This document shows positions 54,801 to 57,471 of a stretch of 57,471 bases of DNA, piece after piece. How positions within the stretch are numbered: position 1 is the first letter of the stretch; every line of letters begins with the position of its first letter. Below the pieces are notes generated by a model. That model was given only the letters and a program-made list of their open reading frames with translations. It had not been told where the DNA came from and did not search any database. The DNA comes from Tubiluchus corallicola (taxonomy: Eukaryota > Animalia > Priapulida), in NCBI GenBank assembly GCA_030141605.1, contig JAQGDQ010001174.1, positions 1 through 57,471 of the forward strand, in the 5' to 3' direction. Made by a program: the position numbers and the translations under genes.

Positions 54801-57346
54801 GGGTCAGTGATATGAGACCATTGTTCTTCATTAATTGCCATTTTTTCTCGATCTCTTACCTGCCAAATGTATTACCAACTTGGAAATATTACTTGACACC
54901 CTATGCTGCAAATCTGGCCATTTCAAATTGGGGGACATAGAAAAAATTTGAATAACATTCACGTTCCCATATGTTTTGACCATTGTAAACAATCAGAAAT
55001 GGCAAGTTTCAGTCTTTTGTAATATACAAGTTTTTTCCAAGATTTTAGTAAATGTTGAACAGCTGTTTGTGTGAAAAATGCTTCTGTGAGTATTCGTTTT
55101 GCAGCAACCTGACGGATTGTGAATGAAATTGATTTTTCTTTATCAAGCGGTGGCTTTTAATTCATTTCATTTGAATCCTGATTCCAAAATTTTTGTTCAA
55201 TTGTTTTTTTGGATTTGCTATCCCAGTTTTCATTGTTTAATCTTGTACTTGTTTTTCCCTTAAGAGCTTTCAGAGAGACATCAAGGACAAGTCCGGAAGC
55301 GTGGAGAACATGCTTTCTCTAGGAGAAGCTTTCATACGCAGCTGTGATTCTGACGAGGAGGTCATCAAAGAAGCCATGAACGAATTGAAAGACAGGTGGA
55401 ATAAACTTACAGCAGGTATGGAGTACAAAATATCAGACCGATACAGACGTTGATTCGATTACAGGTCTCAAGATTTGATTCTGAAAAAATTCTGTTCTGC
55501 TTAAGTTCGGTTAAACATTATCTTCTCAATTACATGCTGCTTTTATGTAATTTATTGTAGTGGAAGCTAGAATACATGGCATAGAACCTAGCTCACTATG
55601 AGTGGTAATTTTCTAAAACCATCTTTGAATTGACAAAAGTGTCTTAACTACAATCTTTTGTTGTATCCTCCTCAGAGATGTGCGGTTATCATATTCTCAT
55701 TTATCCGCAACTGCACATATCCTCTTCTGGAAAATTCATGTATTTATTTGAAATTTGAACATCCACGTATCAGCAAGAACCACAGAAACGTAGGCAAAAA
55801 CTAGACTTGCTATGTGTGCCCTATATGTTTTTGTATGAACCTAGGAGTTATAATCACTATTCAACACTTAATCACTAGCTAGACCCCTGCAAAGGAATTT
55901 TGCTTGTAAACCCTCGACAGTAATTCACACCATAATGTACATATATCACCCCACCATATCATACCCATCACACCACACCACAACAAAACAAAACAAAACA
56001 AAAAATTGTACCGAAAGCGGATAAACTGTGTGCAAACAATTGAAAATTTTACCTTACCTATTTGGCTGAAATTTTGCATAAAATATGCGCAAAAAAATTT
56101 GCAATTCACATACATTTCACCATCTGCAATCCGCAACATATCCACACACATTTCACCATCTGCAATCCGCAAAACCGCAAAATTAGTGTGGGCTCTGCAA
56201 CCGCATGACTGTTAATCTGCTACCTTCGCATCTCTTCCTTTAGTGATAGAACCAACACGAGGCAGCATTCTGATAGACATCTGTCTACTTGCTTTTTCAG
56301 TTTTCAGATTTGGCATTGCTTAACTGTCATTGCCAGTCATTCTGCTTAGCTTTTCTGCTCATTATGAATGTCGTGTGATTTATAAAGCAGGCATTATGAA
56401 CTTTAATCTAGAAGATATTATGAACTTGTAACAATGATACAAACTACATTACTTGTACTGCAGATTGTTTACTCATTAATTGTGCAATTGTTTAGTGTGT
56501 ATATACTCTTTTCTATGTACTCCAGATGATATGATGATGATTTCATACATGGCAGAATATTATAATACAATAAACAGGGCTGGATTATGACCTTTTAGGG
56601 CCGCCCTTAGGCTAACGAAATAATGGGTCCGTCCTCAGACGGAGTCACTCTCTAACCCTCCTTCGCCCATCTTGAATATTTTTACTTGCGATGCATTTTC
56701 TCGACATTTACATAGCTTGAAGTAAACTCATAGCAAATTCTTTAAATAAACTAGAATAACTATTTTTTGTTTGTCAATAAAAATATTATTGAAGAAATAC
56801 CACCATTTCACTGTTTATTGCAAACAAATTAACACATACTAACACAGATTTTTTGCCGAATGTTACAAAAGCTTGAGAGTGACCAAGCTTGAAAGGCCCT
56901 AGACTGAGCTACTCTATGTTTAAATACGAGGTAGATTTTTTGCCTGTATAATCGGATGTATTCATGCCTTTTTTACTTTGAATGCACTTAAGTAACTTAA
57001 GTTGTTACTCATTGGCTGAATATTAGCTAGGTGCATGCATTTGAAATTTCTAGCATTCTGCAGAAAGTTAAAATTTGATGTTTATAACACATGCTTCCTA
57101 ATTGCACTTGCTGGAATAAAACTGCTACCAGGTTTGTAGAGGAAATAACTTTTCTCATGTCTGATTTATATCACGCCAGGTGTAGCAGAAAAGTCGCAGG
57201 GTTTCGAAGACCTCAGAAACTGTCTCTGTGACTATGAGGAAAATTTAGCCGAAGTTTCTGGCTCAGTAAACAAATATCTTGACAAAGTTGAAGGGCTGTC
57301 GGTAGACAACGGCCACAAAGATATTAACAATCTGGATAAATTTAGG
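5182..57346 (+). CDS. DST/MACF1: Spectraplakin (dystonin / MACF1 / Short stop / VAB-10 family), partial multi-exon gene, 53 coding exons traced; 5' and 3' ends not in view
   Basis: Spliced translation gives [20 protein letters not shown]...[21 protein letters not shown]...[22 protein letters not shown] (CH1), [22 protein letters not shown]...RLLDPED...[15 protein letters not shown] (CH2), [11 protein letters not shown] and an SH3 ending [11 protein letters not shown] (plakin domain), plakin repeats, then spectrin repeats. Exon phases chain without a stop. Confidence 0.95.
5389..5475. repeat. Minisatellite, 3 x 29 bp
   Basis: tgtccaagttgtcacatttgatatagaca repeated head to tail with few changes. 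Confidence 0.9.
6013..6102 (+). CDS. Spectraplakin exon 2: CH1
   Basis: cag|..|gtgagt; [30 protein letters not shown]. Confidence 0.95.
7172..7249 (+). CDS. Spectraplakin exon 3: CH1
   Basis: tag|..|gt; [26 protein letters not shown]. Confidence 0.95.
8628..8720 (+). CDS. Spectraplakin exon 4: end of CH1
   Basis: cag|..|gt; [31 protein letters not shown]. Confidence 0.95.
9305..9504 (+). CDS. Spectraplakin exon 5: linker and CH2
   Basis: aag|..|gt; ISDLVV...[42 protein letters not shown]. Confidence 0.93.
9944..10059 (+). CDS. Spectraplakin exon 6: CH2
   Basis: cag|..|gtgag; [10 protein letters not shown]...[14 protein letters not shown]. Confidence 0.95.
11042..11148 (+). CDS. Spectraplakin exon 7: end of CH2
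   Basis: cag|..|gtaa; [24 protein letters not shown]. Confidence 0.95.
11269..11391 (+). CDS. Spectraplakin exon 8: plakin domain start
   Basis: cag|..|gt, phase 0-0; [18 protein letters not shown]...HELK. Confidence 0.85.
11528..11623 (+). CDS. Spectraplakin exon 9
   Basis: cag|..|gt, phase 0-0; [10 protein letters not shown]...HLWREIE. Confidence 0.85.
11757..11881 (+). CDS. Spectraplakin exon 10
   Basis: tag|..|gt; [30 protein letters not shown]. Confidence 0.9.
12560..12653 (+). CDS. Spectraplakin exon 11
   Basis: tag|..|gt; conserved [11 protein letters not shown] motif. Confidence 0.93.
12781..12944 (+). CDS. Spectraplakin exon 12
   Basis: cag|..|gtaagt; [31 protein letters not shown]. 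Confidence 0.9.
14290..14358. repeat. Compound (TG)n(CGTG)n(TA)n microsatellite
   Basis: Directly visible. Confidence 0.9.
15512..16079 (+). CDS. Spectraplakin exon 13: long S/T/P-rich linker in the plakin domain
   Basis: cag|..|gtatgt, phase 2-0, matches ORF 15492..16115; ends [16 protein letters not shown]. Confidence 0.88.
16155..16202. repeat. (CA)n/(TA)n microsatellite
   Basis: Directly visible. Confidence 0.9.
17918..18046 (+). CDS. Spectraplakin exon 14
   Basis: cag|..|gt; [19 protein letters not shown] (plakin WGxDL motif). Confidence 0.93.
18349..18426 (+). CDS. Spectraplakin exon 15
   Basis: cag|..|gt; [16 protein letters not shown]. Confidence 0.9.
18543..18704 (+). CDS. Spectraplakin exon 16
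   Basis: tag|..|gt; [27 protein letters not shown]. Confidence 0.93.
19355..19456 (+). CDS. Spectraplakin exon 17
   Basis: cag|..|gt; [18 protein letters not shown]. Confidence 0.92.
19975..20170. mobile_element. MITE-like element with about 47-bp terminal inverted repeats
   Basis: ggtcaaaaatgaattctgttttattttcacatgggcttattccaact versus the reverse complement of the right end: 3 mismatches; TA on both flanks. Confidence 0.75.
20501..20719 (+). CDS. Spectraplakin exon 18
   Basis: cag|..|gt; [31 protein letters not shown]. Confidence 0.95.
21046..21192 (+). CDS. Spectraplakin exon 19: start of SH3
   Basis: tag|..|gt; [24 protein letters not shown]. Confidence 0.93.
21678..21832 (+). CDS. Spectraplakin exon 20: SH3
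   Basis: tag|..|gt; [20 protein letters not shown]...[15 protein letters not shown]; an in-frame alternative cag lies 6 nt downstream. Confidence 0.93.
22670..22784 (+). CDS. Spectraplakin exon 21
   Basis: cag|..|gtaa, phase 2-0; [16 protein letters not shown]. Confidence 0.9.
22933..23311. repeat. Cluster of four diverged 60-85 bp SINE-like units (first one inverted)
   Basis: ttgaatcagcaaaaggtccc..tt.aaacccagt.tgtgtc at 23146 and 23240, a weaker copy near 23010, a reverse copy at 22933-22990; B-box-like GGTTCAAA. Confidence 0.6.
23414..23588 (+). CDS. Spectraplakin exon 22
   Basis: cag|..|gt, phase 0-1; [16 protein letters not shown]...LEQE. Confidence 0.9.
23803..24106 (+). mobile_element. 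GC-rich interspersed repeat, possibly a non-autonomous Helitron
   Basis: Starts atct..(AT)n..aaaattc and ends in a GC-rich, weakly hairpin-like stretch then tagt; GC content is sharply above the flanks. Confidence 0.3.
24428..24567 (+). CDS. Spectraplakin exon 23
   Basis: cag|..|gt, phase 1-0; [18 protein letters not shown]. Confidence 0.9.
25075..25232 (+). CDS. Spectraplakin exon 24
   Basis: cag|..|gt; [11 protein letters not shown]...[14 protein letters not shown]. Confidence 0.92.
25798..25936 (+). CDS. Spectraplakin exon 25
   Basis: tag|..|gt, phase 2-0; [25 protein letters not shown]. Confidence 0.9.
26022..26466. mobile_element. Degenerate palindromic MITE, Kolobok-like
   Basis: TTAA on both sides, loosely complementary ends, central imperfect palindrome (gccatgtttcgt...atgacgtac / tacgtcat...acgaaaaatggc). 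Confidence 0.4.
26564..26754 (+). CDS. Spectraplakin exon 26
   Basis: tag|..|gt; [28 protein letters not shown]. Confidence 0.9.
27815..27977 (+). CDS. Spectraplakin exon 27
   Basis: tag|..|gt, phase 2-0; [19 protein letters not shown]. Confidence 0.88.
28508..28591 (+). CDS. Spectraplakin exon 28
   Basis: cag|..|gt; [28 protein letters not shown]. Confidence 0.9.
29640..29855 (+). CDS. Spectraplakin exon 29: end of plakin domain
   Basis: cag|..|gtatg, phase 0-0; [24 protein letters not shown]. Confidence 0.88.
30394..30496 (+). CDS. Spectraplakin exon 30: short linker exon
   Basis: cag|..|gtaa, phase 0-1; [34 protein letters not shown]; needed to bridge phase into the giant exon. Confidence 0.8.
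30620..32975 (-). mobile_element. 5'-truncated, decayed CR1/L2-group LINE
   Basis: Minus strand reads PQGSTLG...[65 protein letters not shown] with frameshifts (about 32040-32975). The lower boundary (3' UTR) is approximate. Confidence 0.8.
31095..31320. repeat. Degenerate CA/TA microsatellite
   Basis: Directly visible; explains the H/I/Y/T-rich ORFs. Confidence 0.85.
33163..38546 (+). CDS. DST/MACF1: Spectraplakin exon 31: giant 5,384-nt exon encoding plakin (plectin) repeat domains
   Basis: tttttcag|AT...AAG|gt, in frame with the 1779-aa ORF; many DPxTGxxxxLxEAxxxGLxD units ([54 protein letters not shown]). Confidence 0.95.
38694..38840 (+). CDS. Spectraplakin exon 32: start of spectrin-repeat rod
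   Basis: cag|..|gtgagt; [14 protein letters not shown]...[10 protein letters not shown]. Confidence 0.9.
38963..39323 (-). mobile_element. Solo LTR (361 bp)
   Basis: Termini TGTTGTG...CACAACA; flanks gttac/gttaa (4 of 5, TSD-like); on the minus strand TATATAA (39200-39194) precedes AATAAA (39036-39031). Confidence 0.7.
39373..39515 (+). CDS. Spectraplakin exon 33
   Basis: tag|..|gtaagt; [13 protein letters not shown]. Confidence 0.9.
40219..40411 (+). CDS. Spectraplakin exon 34
   Basis: cag|..|gt, phase 2-0; [17 protein letters not shown]. Confidence 0.92.
40567..40802. mobile_element. MITE-like element (PIF/Harbinger-like ends)
   Basis: catttaccagacatc ... gatgtttggtaaatg inverted ends (14 of 15); internal hairpin ctggatac-aca-gtatccag. 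Confidence 0.45.
41181..41264 (+). CDS. Spectraplakin exon 35
   Basis: cag|..|gt; [14 protein letters not shown], a motif I recognise from MACF1/Shot. Confidence 0.93.
41891..42109 (+). CDS. Spectraplakin exon 36
   Basis: cag|..|gt; [11 protein letters not shown]...[14 protein letters not shown]. Confidence 0.92.
42867..42906. repeat. (TATG)n microsatellite
   Basis: Directly visible. Confidence 0.9.
42959..43192 (+). CDS. Spectraplakin exon 37
   Basis: tag|..|gtaa; [23 protein letters not shown]. Confidence 0.92.
43651..43825. mobile_element. pogo/Tc1-type MITE (175 bp)
   Basis: TA|CAGTCAAA...TTTGACTG|TA, with internal repeats of a ctcgttataatgcc-like motif. Confidence 0.7.
44363..44511 (+). 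CDS. Spectraplakin exon 38
   Basis: cag|..|gtaa; [21 protein letters not shown]...ISLNR. Confidence 0.92.
44762..44920 (+). CDS. Spectraplakin exon 39
   Basis: aag|..|gt, phase 2-2; [17 protein letters not shown]; acceptor inferred from phase. Confidence 0.85.
45154..45300. repeat. Polypurine low-complexity tract
   Basis: Nearly pure A/G on the + strand. Confidence 0.85.
45512..45753 (+). CDS. Spectraplakin exon 40
   Basis: tag|..|gt, phase 2-1; [18 protein letters not shown]. Confidence 0.92.
46273..46541 (+). CDS. Spectraplakin exon 41
   Basis: tag|..|gt, phase 1-0; [10 protein letters not shown]...LEKKWRTF. Confidence 0.92.
47128..47260 (+). CDS. Spectraplakin exon 42
   Basis: cag|..|gtatg, phase 0-1; [20 protein letters not shown]. 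Confidence 0.88.
47373..47506 (+). CDS. Spectraplakin exon 43
   Basis: tag|..|gtaag, phase 1-0; [21 protein letters not shown]. Confidence 0.92.
48115..48340 (+). CDS. Spectraplakin exon 44
   Basis: cag|..|gt, phase 0-1; ELTKWAE...LKNLQGRI. Confidence 0.9.
49108..49295 (+). CDS. Spectraplakin exon 45
   Basis: tag|..|gt; [40 protein letters not shown] (MACF1/Shot-like). Confidence 0.95.
49929..50048 (+). CDS. Spectraplakin exon 46
   Basis: tag|..|gtaag; VLQDEF...EEAETFVEK. Confidence 0.92.
50936..51133 (+). CDS. Spectraplakin exon 47
   Basis: cag|..|gt; [15 protein letters not shown]...CNDWL. Confidence 0.9.
51714..51876 (+). CDS. Spectraplakin exon 48
   Basis: tag|..|gtgagt, phase 0-1; [19 protein letters not shown]. 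Confidence 0.92.
52172..52338 (+). CDS. Spectraplakin exon 49 (in-frame alternative start at 52136)
   Basis: aag|..|gtaa, phase 1-0; [12 protein letters not shown]...[16 protein letters not shown]. Confidence 0.85.
52495..52845 (-). mobile_element. Decayed 3' end of an RTE-clade LINE
   Basis: Minus strand, with frameshifts: [16 protein letters not shown] (cf. RRWxWIGHVLR), [22 protein letters not shown] (cf. [20 protein letters not shown]), EFVLAL. Confidence 0.75.
52886..53578. repeat. Perfect 133-bp inverted repeat (arms 52886-53018 and 53446-53578)
   Basis: Base-by-base comparison shows the arms are exact reverse complements; the 427-nt loop contains exon 50. Confidence 0.95.
53091..53218 (+). 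CDS. Spectraplakin exon 50 (enclosed by the inverted repeat)
   Basis: cag|..|gtaag, phase 0-2; [22 protein letters not shown]. Confidence 0.92.
53409..54144 (+). mobile_element. Non-autonomous pogo/Tigger-like DNA transposon relic
   Basis: TA then ccgtagtcgc...tagactcacggttaatagactcaattgcttaa..gactcaaaaacgcc, mirrored imperfectly at 54083-54144. The internal ORF 53824..54042 (ITDDKIV...[15 protein letters not shown]) resembles a pogo transposase C-terminal tail. Confidence 0.65.
54432..54630 (+). CDS. Spectraplakin exon 51
   Basis: tag|..|gt, phase 2-0; [19 protein letters not shown]. Confidence 0.92.
54667..54822 (+). mobile_element. tRNA-derived SINE remnant
   Basis: A-box-like tggcggtcaagt and B box GTTCGAATCC; no cloverleaf; followed by ccttcctggggtcagtgatatgagacca. 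Confidence 0.55.
55265..55415 (+). CDS. Spectraplakin exon 52
   Basis: aag|..|gtatg, phase 0-1; [31 protein letters not shown]. Confidence 0.92.
55673..56236. mobile_element. Non-autonomous hAT-like element
   Basis: Ends AGAGATG...CATCTCT; subterminal atccgca/accgca repeats on both sides; direct repeat with a 36-bp period at 56107-56172; no clear TSD. Confidence 0.45.
57180..57346 (+). CDS. Spectraplakin exon 53 (gene continues beyond the window)
   Basis: cag|..|gtgag, phase 1-0; [12 protein letters not shown]...YEENL. Confidence 0.88.
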
Positions 57347-57471
57347 GTGAGACGATTCTTTGATAATTCTCTGTTTATTATCAATTACTAGAATTTTTTA
57401 TGCTAAAAAAGGACAGTTTTTGGGCATCAACTGTTTGAGCAAGTATAAAGCTTTCTAATTTTGCTAAAATT

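Noticed and set aside
56575-56910. hAT-like start CAGGGCTGGATTA
   Set aside because: No matching right terminus found.

Overview
AT-rich animal (invertebrate-like) genomic DNA. Almost the whole window is one + strand, intron-rich gene: a spectraplakin (dystonin/MACF1/Drosophila Shot/C. elegans VAB-10 family). I traced by hand 53 GT-AG coding exons from 5182 to 57346 with consistent reading phase (13,589 nt, about 4,530 codons). They encode a CH1-CH2 actin-binding domain, a plakin domain with its SH3, one giant 5,384-nt exon of plakin (plectin) repeats, and then the start of the spectrin-repeat rod. The start codon and the EF-hand/GAS2 end are not identifiable in the window. Introns hold decayed transposons: a CR1/L2-type LINE, an RTE LINE tail, a solo LTR, pogo/Tc1-type and other MITE-like elements, tRNA-SINE-like pieces and microsatellites. 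The most notable items are a perfect 133-bp inverted repeat enclosing one frame-shifting exon, a phase-symmetric two-exon cassette around the giant plakin-repeat exon with a possible alternative 3' end, and an antisense solo LTR pointing back toward that exon. I see no prokaryotic systems, CRISPR arrays or RNA genes, and I cannot claim a wholly new system. All family assignments come from motif recognition, not database searches.
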